In this document: positions 1 to 12,519 of the stretch, in pieces
How positions within the stretch are numbered: the first letter of the stretch is position 1
Layout of the letters: each line of letters begins with the position of its first letter
Source of the DNA: Candidatus Binatia bacterium
Lineage (GTDB): Bacteria; Desulfobacterota; Binatia; UBA9968; CAXXLF01
Direction of reading: 5' to 3'
Length of the DNA: 64,000 nt
NCBI GenBank assembly: GCA_963664015.2
Contig: CAXXLF010000002.1
Location: forward strand, 2,112,001-2,176,000
The notes under the pieces: generated by a model
What the model was told of the DNA's origin: nothing
Seen by the model: the letters and a program-made list of their open reading frames with translations, nothing else
The model's database searches: none
Program-made: the position numbers and the translations under genes

Positions 1-3996
<3,996 letters not shown>

Positions 3997-4049
3997 ATCA
4001 CCAACCCACGGGACACGAATCGGATTGGAACCACGACGAAGGATGCCGT

Positions 4050-4292
4050 CTATTGGAGGCGGTATCGTTCCACCAGGATGCGGCGAAAGCGGGAGCCATA
4101 GATCAGGTCAAAAGTATCTGCATTTTCGGGAAAGAGCTTCAAGGCCTTGGCCCTGGTCTGGGCAATGAGCTTCTGGGCGTCGCCCAGCGTGAGGTTGGCC
4201 TGAGACAGAAGGGCAACTGTGAGGTTGGTGATCCCCTTGAGCTTTTGCAGCCTGGCCTCCTCGAGTCTTAATGGTTCGTTGTTCCGATCCAT
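4050..4292 (-). CDS. Small conserved-looking hypothetical protein (80 aa, helical)
   Basis: Clean ORF just upstream of uvrA and co-oriented; C-terminal FPxxxxTFDLIYxxRFRRIL looks like a conserved motif. Confidence 0.7.
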   Translation of the reverse strand: MDRNNEPLRLEEARLQKLKGITNLTVALLSQANLTLGDAQKLIAQTRAKALKLFPENADTFDLIYGSRFRRILVERYRLQ

Positions 4293-4478
4293 AAGCTAAG
4301 CAGCAATCTCTATCATATGCTCCAGAGTAGTCAATATCTCAGTAGTCTCGCCACGGGGGTCCCGGGAGATCGTCCATGAATTTTCTTAATTGTTTCGAGC
4401 TCCTGGCTTGCCGGGGCGGGCTATGAAGCCTGCGGGACAAGGAGTGCGTTGGGGACGGACCTTGCTTATTCCCGCTTA

Positions 4479-4778
4479 TTATCCGATCCCCAGTTTCCCC
4501 TTGGCCTCATCGCTGATCCTGCTTGGATCCCAGGGTGGGTCCCATACAATGTCAACGTTAGCTTCGCTAACTCCGGGTAGTTCAAGAATCTTCTGCTGCG
4601 CTTCCGAGGCTATCATCGGCCCCATGCCGCAACCGGCGGCTGTCAGGGTCATCTTAACGTTGACCTTGTCGTCGGTCACATCGACATCATAGATTAGGCC
4701 TAAATCCACGATATTCACCGGGATCTCCGGGTCATAACAGGTATGCAGTACCTCGAATACTTGCTCCTTTGTTACCAT
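4479..4778 (-). CDS. DUF59 / SufT-like Fe-S cluster assembly protein
   Basis: DPEIPVNIVDLGLIY, MTLTAAGC and VWDPPW motifs; AGGAG RBS. Confidence 0.92.
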   Translation of the reverse strand: MVTKEQVFEVLHTCYDPEIPVNIVDLGLIYDVDVTDDKVNVKMTLTAAGCGMGPMIASEAQQKILELPGVSEANVDIVWDPPWDPSRISDEAKGKLGIG

Positions 4779-4802
4779 TTTGTTGACTCCTTTCGATTTT
4801 AT

Positions 4803-5132
4803 CTACGTAGACCCGGCATGGCTCGGTTCGCACTGGAGGCATTGGCAGAGGGAACGCAGGTAGTCGAAGGTATAGATGCCCGTGTTGTGTCCGTCTGCCC
4901 ACCGGAACTCGATAGCGTAATTACCGATGGCGCGTATCTCTTCGAGCTTTGCCTCCTTGACCGGGGTGAACTTCTTCTCATCACTGGCTCCATGGCCTTG
5001 GCACTGTGCGCAAGGGCAATAGCCACGAAGATACGTCTGGGGGTATTCCCAGATGTGGCCATCATTCCACGTGATTCGGATTTGCTCCTCGGCTTGGATA
5101 TGGTTGATCTCAATTGGAACCGGTTTGTTCAT
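4803..5132 (-). CDS. DUF971 (GBBH N-terminal-like) zinc-binding protein
   Basis: WNDGH...YLRGYCPCAQC...GNYAIEFRWADGHNTGIYTFDYLR. Confidence 0.9.
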   Translation of the reverse strand: MNKPVPIEINHIQAEEQIRITWNDGHIWEYPQTYLRGYCPCAQCQGHGASDEKKFTPVKEAKLEEIRAIGNYAIEFRWADGHNTGIYTFDYLRSLCQCLQCEPSHAGST

Positions 5133-5140
5133 TGTGGAAA

Positions 5141-6241
5141 CTAGCTTGAAACGATTTTAAGTGATTCGGTTTGCTGCCCGGCCTCGGAAGCCACGGAGAG
5201 TTGTCCGGCGAGTTTTGCGGCGATGTCCAGAAAGACCTTTCCGATCTCGGAGTCGGGATCCTGGATCAGTATGGGAACCCCCGCATCACCTCCTGCCCTG
5301 ATGGAAGGGGTGATGGGCACCGCGCCCAGAAAGGGGATCTTGAATCCGGCAGCAGCCTTTTCGGCCCCACCCCGGGAGAAGATGTCATGTTCCTTGTTGC
5401 AGCCGTCGCAGATGAAGTAGCTCATGTTTTCAATCAGTCCCACGATGGGAATCATAACCTTGTCAAACATGCTCTTGGCCCGAACCACATCGGCAAGCGC
5501 CACCTCTTGGGGGGTGGCTACAAGGACAGCCCCGCTGACTTTGAGCTGTTGGGAAAAGGTGATCTGTACGTCTCCGGTCCCCGGGGGCATGTCCACGACC
5601 AGGTAGTCAAGATCCCCCCAGTGAGCATCGCCCATCAATTGGTGCAATGCCTTGCCTAGCATGGGTCCACGCCATATGACTGCTTGGTCCGGCTCGAGAA
5701 AAAATCCGATGGACATAATCGGTAAACCGTGAGCGATGGGCGGGCTAAGCTTCACGGCGCCGTTGACGGTGATTTTCTTAGGGCCTTCCTTGATCCCCAT
5801 AAGGATCGGGATGGAAGGCCCGTAGATGTCTGCATCCAAGAGTCCGGTGGCAGCTCCGTGCCGACTCAGGGCGACGGCCAGATTAGCGGCCACCGTCGAT
5901 TTACCGACTCCACCCTTACCCGAGGCTATAAGGATGATGTTTTTCACGGTAGGAAGGAGGTCTGTGGAACCTGCTCCGACCTTGCTGCCACGCACCTGGG
6001 AACCAAACGAAATATCAAGGTTGGTTACCCCTTCCAGGTGAGCGAGGGCCTTTTTGCAGTCATCTTGGATCCGATCCTTAAGAGGACATGCCGGTGTTGT
6101 AAGCTCGACGGTGAACGAGACGGTTCCGTTATTCACTCCGAGATCTTTCACCATTCCCAAGCTCACAATATCCTTGTGGATTTCCGGGTCCTGAACACTC
6201 TTCAGCGCCTCCAGGACCAGCTCATTGGTTAACGTGGACAT
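5141..6241 (-). CDS. mrp: Mrp/NBP35 (ApbC) Fe-S carrier ATPase with N-terminal DUF59 domain
   Basis: DPEIHKDIV, LTTPACP, SGKGGVGKST, DADIYGPS, DMPPGTGD, ENMSYFICDGC; start moved to MSTL (ATG 6241) behind GGAAAGA. Confidence 0.95.
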   Translation of the reverse strand: MSTLTNELVLEALKSVQDPEIHKDIVSLGMVKDLGVNNGTVSFTVELTTPACPLKDRIQDDCKKALAHLEGVTNLDISFGSQVRGSKVGAGSTDLLPTVKNIILIASGKGGVGKSTVAANLAVALSRHGAATGLLDADIYGPSIPILMGIKEGPKKITVNGAVKLSPPIAHGLPIMSIGFFLEPDQAVIWRGPMLGKALHQLMGDAHWGDLDYLVVDMPPGTGDVQITFSQQLKVSGAVLVATPQEVALADVVRAKSMFDKVMIPIVGLIENMSYFICDGCNKEHDIFSRGGAEKAAAGFKIPFLGAVPITPSIRAGGDAGVPILIQDPDSEIGKVFLDIAAKLAGQLSVASEAGQQTESLKIVSS

Positions 6242-6352
6242 CTTTCTTTCCTTTCGGGCAAACTTATTGAAAAAACCCCGCATCAGGATAATATAGACTC
6301 CTAAGGTCTGAATAGTCAACCCCGCTTACGGAGCTAGAAGCCCTACGATGGA

Positions 6353-7903
6353 TCAAGAGGCTTGGTGGGCATCTTCCAGGAGATCAAAGACGGTCTTTAC
6401 CGGGTTGAAGGTGGCAAGGGGGACTTCAACAAAGACGGTATTCCAGTTGGACATTGCACCGTTCCACAGACCGGGGAGTTCCAATGCCTTCAGCTGTTTC
6501 CCATCCATCGACTTGACGGAGATAAAGCATGCACTGGGATCACTAAAGCGTTTTAAGTCAAAGGGGTTGCCGAGAAAGTCTTTGACTCCGCAGACGATAT
6601 CGACGGGGTTGAAGTGGGTTGAGGATTCCCAGATGGCTCGCTGCTCTTCCGATTGCAAGTTGACCTGCGAGGACTCGACGATCTGAGGGGTTGCGGTTTT
6701 ATTGTCCTGCCCCACCCAGAAAGGTCCGCCCCCAAGCTCACCTGTAGACGGCACCATGCCGCAAACCCTCAAGGGTCTGTTTAGTTTATCAAAGAGAAAG
6801 CTAACCTTTTCCTTCCCGGAGCCTTTCCGGAGCAGATCAGGGGGAACAACCGAAAATTTGCGCCTGACGAATTCAAATATCTCCTCCAGGACTTGTTCGG
6901 TAATTTGTTTTTTGGAAAGCTCCCTGAGATATCCAAATATTTGGTTCTGTAGTTCTATCAAGAGACCCCCCAGGGCCTTCTTGTAGGTGTACGTGTCTCC
7001 TTTCAATCGGTCCGGTGCGATGTTGTCGATATTTTTTATAAAGACGATATCGCCGTCCAGCTCGCCTAGGTTTTTCAGCAGGGCGCCATGTCCTCCAGGC
7101 CGAAAGAGGAGACTTTTCATTGAATCGCGATATGGGTGACCTTCCAGATCCACTGCCAGGGTATCGGTGGAAGGTTTTTGCACGGAGAGGGTAATCTCAA
7201 ATTTAGTCCCCGACTCCTCGTAACGACTCCCGACTTCCTCAAGGTGCTCATCTATGGCTTCTCGGTGTTCAAGAGAAATCGTAAAATGGATACGAGCCAG
7301 CCCATTTTTGTCCCGTGCGTAAGCCGCAGACTCGGCTAAATGCTCTTCGAAGGCAGTGCGGCAGTGATCTTTGTATGCGTGAAACTTAATAAGGCCCTTT
7401 GGTAGGTTGCCATAGTTGAGTCCCTTGTCCGTTAGTAGATATTGGAGAACCTCGCCGTACTGACCTTTTGCGATCAGGGTCGTGATACCCCGTCCGTCCT
7501 TCGCAATGGTCGAGGTCAAATCGTCATAAAAGGCGAACTTTCTAATACTGCTAAAGAACCGTGCAATATCCCTCTGCTCCGCTTCGTCAAGGCTTGAATT
7601 CAGGTCGGATTGGTCCTTGACCGAGAGCAGGAGCTGAAACATGCGGCTGGCAGCCCCGGAGGCCGGAACAAACTTCATAACCCGGCCAGATGATGTTTCC
7701 TGGGAAAAAAGTTCCGCTAGTTGCTTCAGATCGGCCTTATCATTTTCAAGGACCGTGATCCCGTTACCTGCAGTACAGGGTCGTAGCAAATGGGCATAGG
7801 AAAATCCTTTCCCCAGTGTCTCTATTTGCGATACTGCCTGTTCAATAGTGATCCCCCTGGCTTGGATCTGATCGATATCTTGTTTATTGAAAAGATCTGA
7901 CAT
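6353..7903 (-). CDS. DUF4301 family protein (nucleotidyltransferase-like fold)
   Basis: KFVPASGAASRMF, LPKGLIKFH, FRPGGHGALL, FIKNIDN, GGGPFW, THFNPVD, LELPGLWNGAM, FNPVKTV. Confidence 0.9.
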   Translation of the reverse strand: MSDLFNKQDIDQIQARGITIEQAVSQIETLGKGFSYAHLLRPCTAGNGITVLENDKADLKQLAELFSQETSSGRVMKFVPASGAASRMFQLLLSVKDQSDLNSSLDEAEQRDIARFFSSIRKFAFYDDLTSTIAKDGRGITTLIAKGQYGEVLQYLLTDKGLNYGNLPKGLIKFHAYKDHCRTAFEEHLAESAAYARDKNGLARIHFTISLEHREAIDEHLEEVGSRYEESGTKFEITLSVQKPSTDTLAVDLEGHPYRDSMKSLLFRPGGHGALLKNLGELDGDIVFIKNIDNIAPDRLKGDTYTYKKALGGLLIELQNQIFGYLRELSKKQITEQVLEEIFEFVRRKFSVVPPDLLRKGSGKEKVSFLFDKLNRPLRVCGMVPSTGELGGGPFWVGQDNKTATPQIVESSQVNLQSEEQRAIWESSTHFNPVDIVCGVKDFLGNPFDLKRFSDPSACFISVKSMDGKQLKALELPGLWNGAMSNWNTVFVEVPLATFNPVKTVFDLLEDAHQAS

Positions 7904-8275
7904 CTAAGGATCGTGTCTTTAATTAATATGAAAGCTTGGCGCCCGTGCGCAAGGCGCCGAGAGAGAAAAGCTATTAAGTATTTAAGAAATCTGAGAAATG
8001 TTTCAACGTCTCTACGAGGGTCTTGCCTCCAAACACCTCTTAAAACTATCACAAAAAGACCGAGGAAGTGAAATATCTCACTGTAAGTCTGAGCTTTTGG
8101 GTCTATGTTGAAAAAACTTGATTGCCATGACAATTGCCAGGTTATCAGGGCAAGTGCTAAATCTTCACCCTAACTAAACAGGGCGGTATCATCCATAGGG
8201 TTTGATCAGTCGCCTGGTGATTGATATAGATGATAGCGATTATTTAGCCAATATAAATATAGATTAAGAAAAACA

Positions 8276-9735
8276 ATGAGGCAGCACCTTTCGTTTAATG
8301 TTCTGATACCTACAATTCTAGTTGCTGCCGTAGCTGTCCTGCCTCTCTACGCCCAGGAAGCTTTTAGGGCCTGACTCTCGCCTTCTTGAGCTGGTGGAGG
8401 TGTACGAACGGGAAGGTGAAGAAGCGGCCCGAACTCTCGCCCGGGCATGGCAGCTTAAGGTCAAGCCCGGAGGCCTTATCCCGGTGATTATCGAGCTCTA
8501 TTTCGGATTGGACCCGAAGAGCATCGACAAGGCGACCCTTGAACAACTCGGAGGCACTATCGACGCGGTCTTGCGGAGCTACCTCCGGGTCCTCGTGCCG
8601 TTCCGTTCCCTCAGGCGCATCGCGACCCATACTGACATCCGTATGGTCCGAGCTCCGACGCCCGCGAAGGTCCTCGGGGGCCTGGGCTCTAACTTGTCCG
8701 AGAGCGTCGACCTCACCGGCGCCGCCGATCTCTAGGCCGCGGGGATCACCGGCCAAGGGGTCAAGGTGGCGGTAGTTGACCTCGGCTTCATCGGGTTAAG
8801 TGAGGCCATTGCCCAAGGCGAGCTGCCCCAGAACACAGTCGTGGTAGAGCTGCCAGGGAGTAACGACGACAATATCGAGTCTAATACAGAACACGGCGTG
8901 GGTGTGGCCGAGCACGTGATGGACATGGCTCCGGGTGCGACCCTTTACTGCATCATGGTCGGGGACGAGTTGGACCTCGAGAACGCAGCCGACTTCATCC
9001 GGGACAACGGTATCCAGGCCGCCAACCACTCCGTCGGTTGGGTAAACCCGAGCTGCTATGACAACACCGGGCCCATACGTTCGATTATCAACCGATCTCG
9101 GGATGACGACGAGGTCTTCTGGAGTGTCGCCGCTGGCAACGACGCTGAGAGACACTGGCGGGGAGACTGGTTAGACCCCGACGGAGACAACATCCTCAAC
9201 TTCACATCGAACGATGAAAGAATGGACCTCACGAGTCCAAGCAGCATCGCGTACGTCTTTCTCAACTGGGACCAGTACGGCAACTCGGTGACGGACCTCG
9301 ACCTCTACGTCCGGGACAGGCGGGGCCGAATCGTCGCCGGTAGCGAAGGGTGGCAGACGGGTCTTGAGGCCCCAGCCGAGGCGGTGGGGTTCATCTACAG
9401 CTCCCGACGGGCCCCCATACTGGATCGAGGTCCAGCTCTACGCCGGTGAGACGGGCGGGCTCAACATGACCATCTTCAGTTTCTACAACGACCTCGAGTA
9501 TGCGGTGGCTGCGGCGAGCCTCATGGAGCCTCCCGACGCCCACGGTGCCTATAGTGTTGGGGCCATCGACCAGGCCGACTGGATGCAGTCTACCCCTCTG
9601 CCGGAGCCGTACTCGAGCCAGGGTCCCACGACCGACGGACGCCCTAAGCCCGACATCGTGGCTCCCGACGGGACCGTGACGGCCTCTATTAACGCGGGCG
9701 TGGCCATCGATGCCGCGGGTAACGGCAACGCCGGC
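8276..9735 (+). pseudogene. Secreted S8 (subtilisin-like) peptidase pseudogene ending in an Ig-like domain fragment
   Basis: Signal peptide MRQHLSF...AVLPLYAQE from ATG 8276; frameshift ~8365; in-frame TAG 8733-8735 before GITGQGVKVAVVDLG; HGVGVAE, AAGN; frameshift ~9415; YSSQGPTTDGRPKPDIVAPDG but no catalytic GTS motif. Confidence 0.85.
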
Positions 9736-9795
9736 TTTGTTCCCGATGCGTTCTAGCCGGGCCAAAGCGTCTTCGAAAACGTTGTATTGAATCAT
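9730..9795 (-). pseudogene. Gene stub, probably the N-terminus of a Glu/Leu/Phe/Val dehydrogenase
   Basis: AGGAGG RBS then MIQYNVFEDALARLERIGNKAG, resembling GDH N-terminal helices; the rest of the ORF is antisense of the S8 remnant. Confidence 0.4.
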
Positions 9796-10069
9796 GATTT
9801 GCCCTCCTGATTTCCCGATCTAGTGACGTGGTTCCTTGCCAGTACACATAGCAAGAATTCTGGTTGAGGTTTATTCCCCCTGAGGGTGCAGTGGTAGGAT
9901 CCCGGGATCGGCACAGGGGGCTGAAATTGAAGAGTCCAGCCGGTAATGACTTGAAATCTCCGGGATTAAGAGAGCTTTTTGACTCAAAAAGTCAAATCCT
10001 AGGTAAAACCCATTCTTCAAGGCGACGTAGGATAAAAAGTTAAGTGAATGAAAATCCGAAAAAGAGGGA

Positions 10070-10146
10070 TGGTCGGGGCGACTGGATTTGAACCAGCGAC
10101 TTCACGGTCCCGAACCGTGCGCTCTACCAAGCTGAGCCACGCCCCG
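10070..10146 (-). tRNA. tRNA-Pro (anticodon CGG) with encoded CCA
   Basis: Reverse complement CGGGGCGTGGCTCAGCTTGGTAGAGCGCACGGTTCGGGACCGTGAAGTCGCTGGTTCAAATCCAGTCGCCCCGACCA folds as a cloverleaf; anticodon loop TT-CGG-GA; GTTCAAATC T-loop. Confidence 0.98.
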
Positions 10147-10256
10147 AACTTCGTTAATCGTTATTCGTCAATGGTCAATCGGTGATGACTGCTGTCCATA
10201 AAGGCAGCAAACTTACCTAGCGTAACTTAACATATCCAATGGTAAAACCATAGGGG

Positions 10257-10922
10257 TCAAAGGGCTTGAACGGCCTTCCTCATCCGGGCCACGGTTTCAG
10301 TGTAGTCCGGGGTCTTGAAGATACCCGAACCTGACACGATCACCTGGGCCCCGGCCTGTACCACGCGGCCGATATTATCGGTTTTAATGCCGCCGTCGAC
10401 TTCGATGAGGATCGGAAGTCCCCTTTGGGCCACTAGATTCTTTGCCTCTGCTATCTTGGGAACAACCTCCTCCATGAAGGCTTGGCCGCCGAAGCCCGGG
10501 AACACGGTCATAATGAGCAACATATCGATGTCGTTGAAGAGTGTCATAACCCGATCCAGGGGAACGTCCGGATTGACGGCGATGGAGGCCTTAGCCCCAA
10601 GCTCGCGAATCTTGGCCAGGCCCGCCTTGGGGTCGCGGCTGGTTTCGGGGTGAATGGAGATCCAGTCGGCTCCCGCCTTGATGAACTCGGGTGCGTACTG
10701 GTCCGGGTCGGTGATCATGAGATGAACGTCCAGGGGAAGCTGGGTCACTTTTCGAATCCATTCCACGACCACGGGTCCCATAGTGATATTGGGAACGAAA
10801 TGACCGTCCATAATGTCAAGGTGAAGCCAGTCTGCACCCGCCTCCTCCACCGCCGCGATCTCGTCCTTAAGGCGAGTGAAGTCAGCGGAAAGTATCGAGG
10901 GAGCAATCTTTGTTGAAACCAT
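10257..10922 (-). CDS. rpe: Ribulose-phosphate 3-epimerase
   Basis: IAPSILSADF, HLDIMDGHFVPN, DVHLM, PGFGGQ, EVDGG. Confidence 0.98.
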   Translation of the reverse strand: MVSTKIAPSILSADFTRLKDEIAAVEEAGADWLHLDIMDGHFVPNITMGPVVVEWIRKVTQLPLDVHLMITDPDQYAPEFIKAGADWISIHPETSRDPKAGLAKIRELGAKASIAVNPDVPLDRVMTLFNDIDMLLIMTVFPGFGGQAFMEEVVPKIAEAKNLVAQRGLPILIEVDGGIKTDNIGRVVQAGAQVIVSGSGIFKTPDYTETVARMRKAVQAL

Positions 10923-10950
10923 CGGTGCAACCTTTCACTTTCAAGCAGAG

Positions 10951-11889
10951 TTAAAACCGTGCGCCCTTTTCAATCCTCGCTCCCCGTACGAATTCGGAGC
11001 TGGGGAGGCGTTTCCTGTTTTCCAACTGTACTTCTTGTAAATTGAGTACCCCGTCACCGGTATTGACCCAGAGCCCCTGATCATCGGCTCGGACGACCTC
11101 ACCAGGCGGGACCTGACTCTTTTCATTCATTACGGATGCTCGGTAGACCTTGAGGAGTTGTTTACGCCAATGGGTATAGGCCGAGGGCCAGGGGGAGAAG
11201 GCACGGACGAGACGTTCGATCACCCTGGCGGGTTGGGTCCAGTCGATCTCACCGTCTTCTTTCTTGAGCATGGCGGCATAGGTTGCCTCTTCTTTCCGTT
11301 GAGGGATGTCTTTAATGGACCCTTCCTTGAGTCCTCGGATGGTTTGCAGTAACAACTGAGCCCCAATGGGAGACAGTTTAGCTTCCAGGGATGCCGATGT
11401 CTCTTCTGGAGCGATAGGGACCTCTTCTTGTAATAGGATCGGTCCCGCGTCCATCTGCTCGACCAGCCTCATAGTGGTCACGCCACTCGTCTCATCGCCA
11501 TTGACCAAGGCCCAGGTCATAGGAGCAGCCCCCCGGTATCGGGGTAGGAGCGAGTAGTGGACATTCATACAACCCTGGGGCGCCAGATCCAGGACCGAAC
11601 GGGGCAGGATGCGTCCAAAGGCGACCACAACAATCAAATCCGGTGCCCAGGCGCTGAGGTGACCCAGAAATTCGTCGCTTCGAATCTTTTCCGGAGTGAT
11701 GACCGGTATTTTATGTGCCTCGGCCACAAGGCGTACCGGCGATGGGATCGTCTTCTGGCCTCTGCCAGCGGGACGATCCGGTCTGGTCACGACTCCGACC
11801 ACAGGATCCGGCCCCTCCATCAGACGCTCAATGGTATCGGCGGCACAGCGGGGCGTGCCCATATAAACGACGGTCCAGGGGCGAGACAT
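10951..11889 (-). CDS. fmt: Methionyl-tRNA formyltransferase
   Basis: YMGTP, PDRPAGRG, VVAFGRIL, NVHYSLLPRYRGAAP, MDAGP; follows def. Confidence 0.97.
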   Translation of the reverse strand: MSRPWTVVYMGTPRCAADTIERLMEGPDPVVGVVTRPDRPAGRGQKTIPSPVRLVAEAHKIPVITPEKIRSDEFLGHLSAWAPDLIVVVAFGRILPRSVLDLAPQGCMNVHYSLLPRYRGAAPMTWALVNGDETSGVTTMRLVEQMDAGPILLQEEVPIAPEETSASLEAKLSPIGAQLLLQTIRGLKEGSIKDIPQRKEEATYAAMLKKEDGEIDWTQPARVIERLVRAFSPWPSAYTHWRKQLLKVYRASVMNEKSQVPPGEVVRADDQGLWVNTGDGVLNLQEVQLENRKRLPSSEFVRGARIEKGARF

Positions 11890-11968
11890 GAGTGCACCTA
11901 CTTTAAACTAGAGATAGAGAAAAGTCTAAGATCGAAAAAATCTTTGGGGGGGGGCAGGGAAGGGTTGG

Positions 11969-12508
11969 TTAGAGCATCACCGGGCGGTTTTCATCCGGGG
12001 GCTTGCCGTCGCGCAGCATCTTTTTCAGCCTTCGAGTATAAAGCTCACGTTTCAAGCGGCTGATATAATCAATAAAGAGTTTTCCATCCAGGTGGTCGAT
12101 CTCATGCTGGAGGGCCACGGCCAGAAGGCCTTCGGCGTCAATTTTGATATCTTTTCCCTTCTCGTTCAGGCCTACCACCTGAACCGAAGCGGCCCTGCTC
12201 ACCTCTGCCGTATATTCAAACACGCTCAGGCAGCCCTCTTCCCAGACCACTTGACCCTCGGCACTCCGAATTTCCGGGTTGATCAGCTTGATCAGGCTTT
12301 TTCCAGGGTTTTCGTAGTCTGTGTCCAAGACGATGATACGCTGCAGTTGGCCTACCTGTGGGGCAGCCAGGCCCACACCGGGGGCCGCGTACATGGTCTC
12401 TACCATGTCCTCGACCAGACGAACCGTATCATCCGTCACCCGGGCTACCGGCTGGGAGATTTCCCTCAGGGTCGGGTCAGGATATAAGAGAACCTCCAGA
12501 ACAGCCAT
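11969..12508 (-). CDS. def: Peptide deformylase
   Basis: GVGLAAPQVG, EGCLS, QHEIDHLDG. Confidence 0.98.
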   Translation of the reverse strand: MAVLEVLLYPDPTLREISQPVARVTDDTVRLVEDMVETMYAAPGVGLAAPQVGQLQRIIVLDTDYENPGKSLIKLINPEIRSAEGQVVWEEGCLSVFEYTAEVSRAASVQVVGLNEKGKDIKIDAEGLLAVALQHEIDHLDGKLFIDYISRLKRELYTRRLKKMLRDGKPPDENRPVML

Positions 12509-12519
12509 CTTCCAAAGAT

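Noticed and set aside
4399-4444. Hairpin GCGGGCT-ATGA-AGCCTGC within CTCCT/AGGAG arms as an ncRNA
   Set aside because: Short and GC-rich; could be a terminator or chance, with no further support.
7904-10146. tRNA-Pro-anchored integrative island with att duplication
   Set aside because: No integrase, and I found no second copy of the tRNA 3' end by eye; only decayed genes and an AT-rich spacer.
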